A stretch of 64,000 nucleotides of DNA from contig SMSO01000005.1 of assembly GCA_004764695.1 (NCBI GenBank), forward strand, positions 1,426,001 to 1,490,000. The letters run 5' to 3'. The stretch comes from Schizochytrium sp. TIO01. Lineage: Eukaryota > Protista > Bigyra: Labyrinthulomycetes. Within the stretch, counting starts at the first letter, position 1; each line of letters begins with the position of its first letter. The translations under genes and the position numbers were made by a program. Below the pieces are notes generated by a model. The model was not told the DNA's origin, did no database searches, and saw only the letters and a list, made by a program, of their open reading frames with translations. Shown piece after piece: positions 24,601 to 37,500 of this stretch.

Positions 24601-25259
24601 GCTGGGCGGGAGATTCGACATCGTTCATGGCCTTGACGAAGTCATTTTGTCTCGCGTTCTTTGTAGCAATCAACTTCAGCACTATAATGAGACCTACGAA
24701 ACGTCTGATTGTCTCGCCTGCCAGCAGACCACTCTGAGAGGCTGAATTTAGGTTCGAAAGGCAATGCTCAGTCCTCCATGCAGTGACTTTTCAGTACCTC
24801 CCTATATTAATAGTGAAGGCCTTGGCAATGATTTGATGACGGAAGACTTCCCCTTTCTGAGAGGTAAAATATGAGGCAACAATGAAGACGAGAAGAAAAG
24901 ACAAACCAGCGTGGAAAAGAAGAGTTGACTAACAGCCCTTGGCTCAAACTGTCGCGTTTAAGACGCGAAAAGGAGATCATTATCAAGCAAGGTACTAGGG
25001 ATATGTTAATACTGTATTTTTTAATATATGCGAGATCTGAAGAGGCTAAGATGTGAACCGATTTTGGGGAAATACTTCGACGCAGGAAGGAGAACTTATT
25101 TTGACGTAATCTCCTGTTTCGAGTATAAATTACTCTCATCAATTCGATAGAACTGTATAATCAGTAACTCATGTTGTACGTCATAAGAATGATGACAAAG
25201 ACGATGGAGAAGAACTTACTACTAGATTAGAGAAAATTGCAGGGCTGGACACAAATGCG

Positions 25260-27289
25260 TTATAGAATACGTTCGTCAAGCTCTTCCTCTTCATCGCCTT
25301 CTTCAGTAGCAGTCATGAGAGGAGGCTCTGCAGAGGTGGCGCGGCGGAAAATCCGCTTGCCAATGAGAGCTGTTTCCGGAGATTTATCTGGAACAGATTG
25401 TTGCCGTGGCATGGGCACAGGAACCGATTTCGGGGGATCCTCTAGATACTGTGTTGGACTCCTTATTTTGGCACTTGGAGCGCCTGCGCTCAGACGCACT
25501 GATTGAGCACGAGTTGGCTTGATAGCGGCCAAGTCCGGATGGGCTTGAAAAGCCTTGTTCTCACTTGCAACGTAACTCTGCGGAGACAATACCTGAGTAG
25601 GCTGAGGAGGCCTAGCACTCGCTTGCATTTGGGCGGGCTGGTAAGAGGGTTGGATCCCACCAGGCAATGTAGATACACCAGCGACCTGTTCCGCTGTTGT
25701 GTGCAGGCCTGCAGAAGGGCCAGAGGGCAAGAGAGACTTTTGACTTGAAGTAGATGGCGATTTTTGCATACGAAGTGCAAGTGAGGCCATCGCAGCACTT
25801 GAACCCTTCCGCTTAATCTCCTTCTGTTTTTGATCCTGCTGCACCGCAGCTTGTTGTGCCTTCCCTTGCGCAGCTGCTGCAGCTGTAAATGGTGGCGGCG
25901 CCACTGGCTGCTTTTCTTGCTGTTCCTTGCTTTGATTGTGGTGGCCGTGATGGGATTTGTCGTGAAACCATCTGTTTGGTTTCATGATACGTTTGAGGAT
26001 GTCCCTCTTGCGATGGCGATTGTGTGAGTCGCTAAAACTACCTCCATTAGCTTTGTGTTCTGCATCATACTCGCGTAAGGCATCAATTGCTACGTCAAGA
26101 TCTGGCATACAGGCCTTAATATAGCCCCAGACACGGTGGCCAAAGATTATCATCACTTCAAGGCGAGTCTGCGGAGGCTGGCGATGGTCGATCTCAGCAG
26201 CACGACGCTCGTCATTCAGCATCTTTATTGACTTATGCTCTTGGATCAGCTGCATTGGATCACGAGCACCGCAGATGGATGGAAGGAATGGCACAAAGAG
26301 GTCATAGCTCTGCATTTCAAAGATCCGCATGCGAGACACCGTGCATAAGAGAGCAAAAATTTGACCCGCAAGACTAATAGCAGTGCTCAGGACTTCGTTC
26401 GAGCAGTCCCTATGGAAGGTCACCATCGTGTGCATCAAGTCTTCGGCTAAATTCGATCCAATTTCGCTCCGGGCATCCTCGTCTCCCTCTTGGGAGGCCT
26501 CTCCGAGCGCAAACTTGCGAAGATCTTCCGTGCAAAAGGCGAATGGAAGCAGAGGTTTTGGCAGGTCACGAAGGTAGCCCTTGAGTACCGAGCTAATGGC
26601 ATTTGCACACTCGCACAAACCCTGAGATATCCCAGATAATTCAAATCATGTAGAACAAATTCCAAGCGTGAGCGTTTCCCATTTCCCATTAGCCAATGCA
26701 TAAACAATGTAGTTCATAAATGATACCAAAAACATAAAAACATTAGTCCTCAAATTTATTGCTTTGACCCTTGACTTTTCTCTCTTTGGTTTTGCGCTAC
26801 GCTGGCCAGTTTAATTCATTGCCACAGTGCTGTAGAACGTTTTCTTAAGAAATTCATATTCTGGAGGCTTTACAAAAACCTAGCATTGGTCAAACAGCTT
26901 GACCAATTACATTTACTGCCATCAGATTCAATGTTTCCTAGGACTGGAAGAAATAAAGTTGATCATGATCAATTGCAAGCAGTAAATGCTAAAGCTCCAT
27001 TTCTTAATAACCACTTTGGAGAATCTGGTTTACTTACCTTCTCAGCGCGGTTCTCCTCAAGGAAGAGGCTAATCTTCTGGTACGGGAGGCCTTCGGGATA
27101 CTTCATGATGCGCCGGAGCCTGTCCACCGTGGCGTCAGAAGCCCTGACACGGAAGAGGCCCGCCTCGAACGCATCCATGCCGAAGGCGCCCTCGACATAG
27201 CGACCAAGCCATTTGGTGCAGGCCAGCGCGTTCACGAGCTCTGGCAAGCAGCCCTCCAGCGAGGCAGGAGCCGCAGAAGTCTCCGCCAT
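25260..27289 (-). CDS. RhoGAP-domain protein, two exons: complement(join(25260..26621,27038..27289))
   Basis: Exon 1 (84 codons, MAETSAAP...GLFRVRAS...NRAEK) carries the GLFR arginine finger and ends at AAG|GTAAGT. Acceptor TCTCAG|GGT at 26622/26621 is in frame with ISSVLKGYLRDLPKPLLP, the conserved RhoGAP motif. The C-terminus is low-complexity and Q/P/S-rich. Confidence 0.87.
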
Positions 27290-27997
27290 CGCAGGCACCT
27301 AACCTCCCAGCCAAACTCCACTCCTCTCGTAGTCAAGGCGGAGCCGTTCTTGGTTTGCTCAATCTTGCCCGAGTGCACGCGACCCAAACTGAGAAAGCTC
27401 AACAGTGGTAAAAATGACTTCTTCTTTGTCGATTCGTGATCATCATATTATTTCTTTCTTTCTTTCTTTCTTTTCACAAAATGTAATGCAAAGCATAGCG
27501 CCATTAGTACTCGTTTAGGCACATCTACCGTTTACTCGTCGAGCAGAAAAATGTACAAATGTGTACTTTCACAAACAAACTCAGCACAAGGGCGTGAATA
27601 TTCGAGCTGGCGAAGGCTAAAGGCAGCGAGGAGAGGCTTAGAATGCTGCACTGGTTGTAGGTATACCTGAAATCCAAATGACTTGCTTTTGGCAGGTAGG
27701 TTCTTGCCAATATTCACAGGTAATCCTATAGATTTCTGACTCCTTTTTTGTTTCGGACACAGGGCTCCAAGAATTCATTGCTTTACGTGTCCGGGAAGAG
27801 TCGAAATGGAGGAGCTAAGTGGTTTAGTTCTACGAACTTTGGAGAAAGACGAAGATGGAGGATCTCCTCGAGGCTTTGGAGCGATGGAAGTCTCAGTAGA
27901 CACCAAGGAACTGACGAGATTGCTGTGTGGAGATTAGTTTATTAGCATGAGGGTCATAGAACTTCTTTTTCGTTTCTTTCCATGAAAAGTATCGAAT

Positions 27998-28028
<31 letters not shown>

Positions 28029-28256
28029 TTTCTAGAGCCTACGTATATGTTTATTTATAAAGATTTAATGTTTTATTCTTTTAATAATTTAATATTGATA
28101 TTTAATTTAATTAAAATTATAGGAATGATGATAAACTATTTAGGTTATAAAGCGCAAAGGCAATACATGGAAATACGAAGTCAACGCTTAATTTTACAAT
28201 AGTTCGCGAGTCACAAATGCAAAGCTGCACGGGAAGCTTGCAAGGCAATAGATGCC

Positions 28257-30710
28257 ATGGCTGATTCAAACTCTATGGATCCACCTACTGCGAAATCACG
28301 CAGACCATCGTTAGCGGCAGAGATCGGGGCTGGGGAAGCCCGAAGGCGCAGGCTTGTACATGAAATTGTGGAGTCCGAGATGCGCTTTGCCGCGACTCTG
28401 GCAGCGCTCCCACGCGTAAGAGAAGCGGCATGCTCAAGCTATAACAGATCCATAAAACCTGCAGCATCAATTTCAGCCCCCAACCGAAGTTCTGTACGCT
28501 CTAAAACGACCTCTGGAGGGTCAAGCCTGGTAAATTCTGTAGATCTCGCGAACGTAGCGAACGGGCAAGTTCAAGGTGTTACTCTTGAGGAAAACGGAGC
28601 TTTCATGCACAGTCACAGTGGTCAGGAGATCCAATCAATGCCAAATAAGGTGTCTCCGCAGATGAGATGCTTGTTCACGACGCTAGAACAGATTGGCACG
28701 CTTAGTCGAGCCACTGTCAGAGCGCTGCAAAAAGCCGTGCGCGAATTTGCATGGGATCGAGTAGCAGCGGTCCTTTTGCGCCTGGCAGATGCTATGTTCC
28801 TGTACGAAGAGTACGCTGGGATGCATTGCTTTCTTGAGGATGAAATTAATACCCTTGCGTCGGACCCGGAGTTTTCAAGACTTTGGCGCAGTGCAACCGC
28901 AGCGGCAGCGGATTCTGCAGACCTGGATCTTTGGGAGCTCGAGCAGACAACAGAACATCACTATCAGCTTCAACAACACATGAGACAGTCGCAACACCAG
29001 CAACATCGAAATCAACAAAAGCAACTCAAACTCCCAACATCGCTCTCTAGTTTCTTAATTCTTCCTATCCAACGTGTCCCTCGGTATGAGCTGCTGTTAG
29101 AAGAGCTACGACGACAGGCTGATTTGGTAGAGAGCTTAGAGGTATCATCTAAAGACTGGGGCCACTCGCGTAGGTCGCATCAATGGTGGATTGAAGAACA
29201 ACAGATGGTTATTGAAGCAAGGGATAAATTCCGCGATGTTGCAGCGCGTATGGAAACTGCAATTCATAATGCTCAGAGCAGACCATTTCTCCTGGCAGTT
29301 TCACTGAGAGAACCACCATCTTATATGCACCAGTTGCCCACGCGTGGTCGAACAAAGTCTGATGACAGTGAGTATGGAGAGGAGAATGGAAAGGTCAATA
29401 CTTCTGAGCCCTTCGTATCCGGAGCATCGTCAATCAACAGATCGCAGTCAGTTGCTATAGTAATCCAAGAATTACTTGACACAGAGGTGCATAACCTGCG
29501 CAACTTAATAGTTGCAGAAGAAACATGGGTTTTAACTCGCGTCAAGCAAGTCCACCATCTGGTAATGCAGTCAGATGGCTATGACCCAGAGGAAGTCTGG
29601 TCGGTCTTGGGTTTTGCACAGAGTGTATTGCATTTTCGTCAACTTAGTTGCCATATTGTGCGCGTTTTACAAGATTATGATCGACGGCCGTCTTCCCCAT
29701 TTTGGGATGATCTATGCTGGCTTTCAAATATTATAAAATTGACTCGCACATACGTTCACTCGTTTCTTGTTGCATGGCGTCGGATTGCGCCTCGCCATCA
29801 GAGCCTGCACAGTGCTATTCCATCTTGGCTTTGGTATCAGGCAGAAGTTGCTTACCGCATTCTGGGTCCCCATGCGGCAGTATCAGCATCCCTTTCATCT
29901 GTGTCCTCTTCACAGAATAGTATTTTAAAACTTTACGGTGCAGAGAATATAACATCTGAAAACTATGTGCATTTTCGTGAGCCTTTGGAGCGTATTGCTC
30001 GCTATGAGGCAGATTTTGCAGTTATTCTGATGCACCCTGGAAGCTACCGAGCACGCAGGCCTGATTTTGCTGAAGCATGGACCACTGTGCAGCAGATTGT
30101 GCCAAGTGTTTGCGAGTACGCCGAACAGAAATTATCAATGGAGGTTTTGAGTGTTCTCGCTCCTGCGGTTGATCTCACACGTGACGAACTCTCTCGTGCT
30201 GGGGTTTTAATGCTCCGAAAGCGACCTTATCTTGCATGCCTACTTACGGATAGGTTGCTATTAGTTCCGTTCTCACTCTCCTCATCTGCGACAGTGACTA
30301 AGCAGGGGATTCGTGTGCTTGGGGCATCCGAAACGTTTATTCTTGCAGTGCAGACGCCCATGTCAGCAGAGGCATACTCTTCAGAATATTCATCACCACG
30401 AGGTCTGAGCCTGCGAAGAACCAAAAGCAGCGCAGGGAAACATCTGGTAATCTATCTGCGAGACGTGAACCGAATCGTTGCAGAGGCACAGTCCATGTCT
30501 CTTCGGCTAGAACCGCAAGGTCTGACATTAAACTTACCAGAAACCAACGATGTTGAAACTGAGCAATACGACATTTACGCTAAATGGACTCTTCCTGTTC
30601 CATCGAAAGGACATTCGCAGGCTCTCATTTTCGACAACTGGGTTCGCTCTCTTACTTCTGTAAAAACAATATCATCTCTTGCTGCACCACCCCCGCCGCC
30701 GGAATCATGA
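28257..30710 (+). CDS. RhoGEF (Dbl-homology) protein with a second degenerate DH-like unit and a PH-like C-terminus
   Basis: DH CR1 RRRLVHEIVESEMRFAATL and CR3 LSSFLILPIQRVPRYELLLEEL. Second set IVIQELLDTEVHNL...EPLERIARYE. PH-like RAGVLMLRKRPYLACLLTDRLLLV. Confidence 0.85.
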   Translation: MADSNSMDPPTAKSRRPSLAAEIGAGEARRRRLVHEIVESEMRFAATLAALPRVREAACSSYNRSIKPAASISAPNRSSVRSKTTSGGSSLVNSVDLANVANGQVQGVTLEENGAFMHSHSGQEIQSMPNKVSPQMRCLFTTLEQIGTLSRATVRALQKAVREFAWDRVAAVLLRLADAMFLYEEYAGMHCFLEDEINTLASDPEFSRLWRSATAAAADSADLDLWELEQTTEHHYQLQQHMRQSQHQQHRNQQKQLKLPTSLSSFLILPIQRVPRYELLLEELRRQADLVESLEVSSKDWGHSRRSHQWWIEEQQMVIEARDKFRDVAARMETAIHNAQSRPFLLAVSLREPPSYMHQLPTRGRTKSDDSEYGEENGKVNTSEPFVSGASSINRSQSVAIVIQELLDTEVHNLRNLIVAEETWVLTRVKQVHHLVMQSDGYDPEEVWSVLGFAQSVLHFRQLSCHIVRVLQDYDRRPSSPFWDDLCWLSNIIKLTRTYVHSFLVAWRRIAPRHQSLHSAIPSWLWYQAEVAYRILGPHAAVSASLSSVSSSQNSILKLYGAENITSENYVHFREPLERIARYEADFAVILMHPGSYRARRPDFAEAWTTVQQIVPSVCEYAEQKLSMEVLSVLAPAVDLTRDELSRAGVLMLRKRPYLACLLTDRLLLVPFSLSSSATVTKQGIRVLGASETFILAVQTPMSAEAYSSEYSSPRGLSLRRTKSSAGKHLVIYLRDVNRIVAEAQSMSLRLEPQGLTLNLPETNDVETEQYDIYAKWTLPVPSKGHSQALIFDNWVRSLTSVKTISSLAAPPPPPES

Positions 30711-30907
30711 AAAGAGTGCAACCCAAGGAATACCAGATCATTTTTCAAATCTGTTCAATATCTGAAAAGCCGATCTGATCTGAGTGACGTTGTATGGCAA
30801 TGTAAAAACCAGACAAGGATTATGTACATAGTAAACAGAAAACAAAAATGCATTACATGTAATAATTCGCTTGATTCTGTGCTCAAAGAATGCTTATTAA
30901 AGTGCAC

Positions 30908-31597
30908 TTAAACCCCTGGGAAAGAGTCAGGAAATGTAGAGTCCCCGTCACTATCTTCATCCCTATCATTTTGTTGCCCAATGCGACTCAACCTGTATGC
31001 CGGAGAAGTCAAAATCTGCTCCGGCTCGTCAATTGTTTTCCATTTCCTAATGAAAAAAGCTGCAAAGGCAGCAAAAAGAACAAAGCAGATGCCCCCTACG
31101 GTACCAGCTATTGCTGGAACTGTGATCTCGCCACTCTCAGTTACCGTTGGTGCACGCGTCGGCCATGGCGTGGTTCTATCACCAGTCGCAGAAGTAGGTG
31201 CGTTAGTAGGAAATGATGTCGTTCCGTTCCGTGCAACACAATCGCTGTCTAAAAAGGTCAAGGAGCTTGTTGGAGCCCCAAGCCGAACTTGACAATACGC
31301 TGAAGGCACGCATTGCATTGTATAATCTCCATCTTCAACGCACAAATCATCACTTAGAGGAACTGTGCGCATTACTCGACAAAGTCCGTTCTTATAAAAG
31401 CAGAACTCCGTAGGCTCGCATCCACTCGGCCCCCCACTATTTCCACATTCTTCTAAGGTACAGACACAGTCCAGATTTGTCTCGGGGATTTCGTCGCATC
31501 GAGATGTTGTGTACATGTCATCTGTCCATGTTGCCCAGTAGCAACCGGATGTACTGTCGCATGAAGCTTGAGATGTGATGTTGTTGCACATTGCCAT
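30908..31597 (-). CDS. Small single-pass membrane protein with Cys-rich ectodomain and Thr/Pro stalk (5' end may be incomplete)
   Basis: 229-aa ORF with a Cys-rich N-terminal half, PTNAPT/PTRAPT linker, TM segment IAGTVGGICFVLFAAFAAFFI followed by RKWK. No clear signal peptide. Confidence 0.7.
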   Translation of the reverse strand: MAMCNNITSQASCDSTSGCYWATWTDDMYTTSRCDEIPETNLDCVCTLEECGNSGGPSGCEPTEFCFYKNGLCRVMRTVPLSDDLCVEDGDYTMQCVPSAYCQVRLGAPTSSLTFLDSDCVARNGTTSFPTNAPTSATGDRTTPWPTRAPTVTESGEITVPAIAGTVGGICFVLFAAFAAFFIRKWKTIDEPEQILTSPAYRLSRIGQQNDRDEDSDGDSTFPDSFPGV

Positions 31598-34500
31598 TAT
31601 TGATCAGTAATCCACAGGCAATTTGATTTTTGTCTTGATATTAGACGATTGCTTTGTTGACCGGTTGCCCTTGGCAAGATTTGAAGAAATCCCTCCTTCT
31701 TTTTACCTTACAGCAAGCCAAGACGTAAACGAGCAAGAAACGCCCACAAAAGTTCAATCTACGATAGTTACCCAAGGCAGGTTATCAATACAATCGATGT
31801 TGCTTTTCATGAAGTGTCGAGATGCTGCTCTACCTTTGTTTGGTTCAATTTGTAGCTACTGCTGCTCAATCGACAGTGACTGCCTGCAGCCTGCACTATG
31901 CCGTGTGCCGGGACCCAAGCTCGCGTGAAGCCTTAGCAACTCATTGCAGAACTGCTTTGCCAGATTGTTTCATTCAGTAGCAGTACTACAGCTCTTTGAA
32001 AGGTCATGCTCAAAATAGTTTTGGCACACATAGTTAGACACTGAAAGTGATGAAGAGTTGGGACCAGTTTTGGAGCGTATCAATTAGATTTGGCTTAGGA
32101 AAAGGTATTAGTATTTCCTAATAGACAATCTGCTACTTAGTTCTTACTATGTACCTAGTTATTGGTATGAGTACTTCCCAGAAGAGCACACACCATGATA
32201 TTAGGGTTCAGGCTAGATTACCTTTCGCAACGAAGGGTTCCATACCATATATTAGATACAATATGCATGATACTTAATCTATTTGTGTCTATACCTTTGC
32301 ACTATATGAACGTAGTCACATAATCTTCGTGGACGTAGTATCTACTGAGACGGCAAAACTTTTAAAAAAGTTGTCAAACATTCCAAATGCTGGTTAGCGT
32401 TTGTATTCAGCCAAGCTTCATGTAGGCGGGGGAGCCTTTGTGTGAAAACCAAAGAAGACAAAATACATTTCTTCAATCTTTATTTTTTTGCAAGCCGGGC
32501 ACCACATTGATGATGATGGAAAACGTTTGAACACGAGATGAAATGTAACCGGGCTTGCGATCGCAGTCCAGCTTAGTAAGCGATCTTAAAATGAGAAGAT
32601 TGATTCCAATTTACTTTTCTAACTTTGTGTACAAATAACTAATAGAGAATAGAGAATGGCAAGTTTGGAGAACAAGATTCTTTGAAATCTATTCTTGATT
32701 CTTTTAATCAGTGTGAGCTTATAATAGTGTAAAAAAGATTTGAAGCTACAAGAATCGAGGAAGGTTTCACAAGCACACTTCAGCTATGCTATGGCAGGTG
32801 AATGTCAGATATAACCTCATCAGAATTACCTAGGATATAGTTTGCATTCTAGCTGGCCTTTAGCATATCTATAAACTGACGTACTCGTTAGGCGCGTTGA
32901 TTATCTGCGCGCAGTGATTTTTTTACTGTTATTTGTAGCATTTCTGGACTTACGATAGCTTCCCAGGCTACGTAGTAAACCTTTTTTAAAACGAATTCTG
33001 ATTGATAAGCAACTCTGTCGACATAGGAATAAGATTCAATATCTTGAAATGCAATTGCAACAAGTTAGAGAAGTACAAGACCTTATTCATTACTTCTAGA
33101 TATTGCAATACATTTTAAACAAAAATTTGTAGGTATATTAGTGCACCAAAAAAGAAGACTCAGCCTAGAATATTGACTTCGCACTTGGTGTTTGCGCATA
33201 ATTGTAAAGCAAAGAAGTCCCTAACTATAAACACCCATATTACGGTTTTTTGGTCCAGGGTTTACAAACAAATTACTTTGATAGTAAGATAGAACATAGA
33301 ATAATATTGAATAAAAAGGAAGAGGATTGAATAGAATGACGTTATCGGCAGTCTGTGTTTTAATGTTCATAATTGTCAAGTAAAGGGTAATTGTTCACAT
33401 GGATTATTATGTGTTGAAACAGAGGTTCTGGGCTAGTTGCTCGGAGCGGGTCCAAGCATTCTGAGGTAAAGGAATGGGCAGGGTTGACGACTCGCCGTAT
33501 GTAATGCCTTCTGTGAACTCCATTTTATCAGCAGGAAATATATTTAGGCACTTTCGTTTTCCATTTTTTTTAAAATTGTTTTATTTCTTTCTTCTAATTT
33601 TAGGAATAGCCCTAATCATTTTTAATTAAATTTATTTCAAAAATCTCACTTTTCAAACACTTGTTCAGCTCCCTCAAGCATACCTGAGCACGACAGTATG
33701 TACAACACTACGAAAACATCTCAAACATATTTGAAGAGCATAACACCTCCTATTGCGAAACATCAAGGGTTTATTGCGAAACGAGATAAACCCACGTCTC
33801 TGTTTTCAAAAAAGAGAATAAAAATAAAGGTGTGGTGACAATCAGTTTCACTTTTAAAATTACTTCAGAAAATTTCAAGGCAAGAAGAGATCAGCTCTTC
33901 ACCGCTGTAGTTTGTTCTTCCACTGTATAAATACGCAAGAAGAGACCACCTACTGGTATACAGAAAGCTGCTAAGCTTTCTTTATATTATATGTAATACT
34001 GATTAGGTATTCAGGTATTCAGGTATTCACTCGATGTCTGCTCCTCCACATTGGTGGTTAAATATTCTCGGCATCGATTCCTATGACAAGGTCAACCATC
34101 CATCTATAAATTTTTATTCGGGTTTCACCCACCTAGGAACCTACCGCTGTGTAGCGAGGTGTGGAATTACAGAACTGACCCTCATCCAACTTCCCATCAA
34201 TTACTTGAACGGTATAACCAACCAATTCTAAACAATCGAACAGAAGTGAGCTTTAGGTTTTCTATATTCACTTTTAATTAAAAACCAAGAGATGCTTTCC
34301 TGCCAACGTTCAAACTCTGTCTTGAAATAACATCCCACTTCTGCTTGTAGAGAGTCTTCTTTCTTCTTCATTTGATCCCACGAATGAGAAACTTTGCAAC
34401 ATCTTGGAACATTCGATGAGAACCCACTAGGTAAAAGGAGGAGCATAAAAACATAAATAGCCTTGCAAATTGTTGTTGCCTACCTAAGACCACAGCATTT

Positions 34501-37500
34501 ACCTTTATTGGTTTTTATTGGATGAGGGATCTTCTCTGTTTACTGGCCCAAGCATGTGAATAGTCATGAAGTATGAATCATGATAGAGGCGATTGAGTTC
34601 TTTCTCATCTTTCCTTTCTTCATGATGCATACACCGGATTGCCTGCTTTGTCGCGCACACGCCTTTGCGCGTGATCTGCCATTACCCCGCCGGCGCGTGA
34701 ATGCCTCAGTCACTTGCGCACACCAGCACCGCCCTCGTCTTTGCACGCTCCGTTTTGGCAGCTTTGCTTCCTTCACCACTGAGGAGCATGCGCAAATTCA
34801 CATTCCCCAAGCAGTAATTAAATTGTGAAGCAACATCATCGCTAAACTTGCCAATAACGCACCACTTACAGTAGTTCTGCTCTCCAGCTTGGCAATCTTC
34901 TCCAAAGCGAGAGACGCTGGCGCTTCTGTTTAGACTCTGACTTAGGTGAGCGCCACTCGCTCCCAGAACTTAGGGGGCCCAGAGTGATCCCATGGCTGGA
35001 GCAAGACACAATTTTACAGTTGAACCAATCACGAAAGGCCACGAAGGTGGTGGCTTCTAGAGACTCACTACAAAGTGTGAGTACTGCATGGGATTCCTGC
35101 AATTCCAACCGGCGCTTCAGGTGAAGGCAGTGACAGAATATGCAGAAACTGGGAGGTGTAATTGCCCCATGTGATGGCCAGCGTTGATGTTTTCTTATAG
35201 CGATCGGTTTAGCTGGTTGAAATGACAACAATGTTGGTGCCTGCGATCAATAGGTAATTAGGTATGAAGAAGCTATTTACTCTTTTTGGCTTCTTCTTCT
35301 TCTTCTTCTTTTCTTTTCCTTTTAAAATATAATATAGCAGGTGGCTATTATTAGTAATAGTAGTAGCTTAAGAGTTCTCTGCTTGCTCTTTGCATTTTTT
35401 GTTCTTTTTTATATTTTATACTTTTCCCTCCAAAGTTCGACGAAAGAAAAGTTGATTGAGGGTTGTCTTCAAAGGTAAGGGACTCCAACAACTTCAAGTT
35501 GTGACTACTTTTTAGTAAAACGGAGGTTGGGCCGTTCTCTAAAGGCATTCTATAAAGAGTGGGCTTATCGTTATGGCCTCTAAAATAATGCACCGGATGG
35601 ACGGAGCAGAGCGGCTTCAAGTTCCCACTGTCCTTCTTGAGCTGCGGCATGAGAACCGGCCGAAATGGTGTGTCTGTCATTCTAAGATGGGATATGGAAG
35701 CAGCCCAATTAGATCAACACATGCAATTCCCACGTACTAGTATTACTACTGCTATCCATCATTCTGCTATGCTAAAAACTCAAGGCAACATATATTACCC
35801 ATGACGCAATGAGAGCTTTGGATGCATGGTTAAACTACTACTAGGTACTATAAGACCATTTCGTCCTTGGTAGAAAAATGAGAACTTTGCTTCTACTCGG
35901 GGTTCGAAGCTTAAGTAATGTAATACGCTTTCTGCCTTGGCGATGATGATGATAATTATGAAGCAACTCAATAATTGTTGCAGACAGCTATACATTTATA
36001 ATAGAAAAGCTTAGAACACTCGATTCAGCAGGCATAAACTTCGAGGAAATTTTTGGTCAATGCAACTATCGTTATTGTTATTGCTGTTAATGTTGCTGTT
36101 GTTGTTATGTCTGCTCCTGACGTTGGTGCTGCTGGAGCTGGTGCCGCCGCTGCCTTCTAGTACCTCGAAAGAAAAGTTCCGACGTGACCATTGCTGATTC
36201 GCCGTCCGAAAGTATTCGCTAAAGAAACAGTTGTATGAGTGCAAAGCTTTCGTGTTGATATGCTACGCAAATTTTTACCTTGGTATCTAATCTCGGCTCA
36301 GTGCCAAGACTTTCAATATATTATTCCTATGCGTTACTGCTCATGGCTTGGCACTTCTCCTGGCCATCACGTAGTCCCGAAGCCTAGGAACTCACTCGCA
36401 TCAGCGTTTTCAACCACTCAACCATGAGCTTAATTTAGTTCAATTATAGGTCGCCATTGGCTGGTCAGCACAAGCGATGTCACCTCACCAAAACGTTCAA
36501 TATTTTGTTTGACACAATTAAGTCTTTCCTTACTTGCTGACTTACTAATTGACCGACCCTAACTTCTGTTTTTTGCAAGCTCGTCAGCCAAACCCAGCTC
36601 GCCAGTTGTAGATTTCGCTTTCATAGCTTGCGTAACCCGAAGCTTCTATCATGCATGCGCTGGTTCAAGCTCCACGCTCTCTGGCAGGCCCATAAGTATC
36701 AAATGCCTGAAATTCCTGAACCCCTGTCAATCGAGCCCTCGTACAGAGAGAGCACCACAACCTGGAGACCATTTGCTCCTACTGCACCAACTGGTGTTAA
36801 GTCAGCCCTCCAGCCACTGATCCATCCACCAAACCTCTCGCCCAAGAGGCGCTTACCAGTCGTTGTCAGACATACATGTGCTTCGCAAGCCTTGCTGCGC
36901 CGAAGACCGCTGCTCCGCAAACTCCCCAAGCCTCTCAGACGACTTGCGCATCGTTGCTCACGATGAGAGCGACAGCAATCATCCTAAATCATTCGTAGTG
37001 TTACATTCCTATTTTAGTTTATTAATTTGTAATTTTTAGAAAGAGGGAATGGTTAGACTACCTAACAAAAACCCCAACAAGAAAAACACAAGCCGTTAAT
37101 TTTTAAAACACAAATTAAAAATAAGGGCCCTATAATATAATATTGCAACCCAATGGAAGCGTGCCGGTGGCACATGTCCAAACATCCATTTATCGGTGAT
37201 TCTTTAGCTTTGACGAAATGATTAACCAAACCAGGCAGTCTAGAAATAATGCAAAGTAGACTACCTGAATTGTTGAAATAAGTCAAAGTGATATCAACAT
37301 TTATAGATTTATATATAGCGGTATTAAAAAAAGAGAAGTTTTTTAAGTTTTTGAGTTTTTTTTTTAAGATTAAAAAATGAAACAATTTTATTTATGTAGA
37401 TATAGTAAGAGAAAAGAACGTGAAAACTTGTTGGTCAGCTTTATATACACAGATGAATAAAACACGGCGGCGAGTGAGTCAATAAATAAATCTCAATAAA

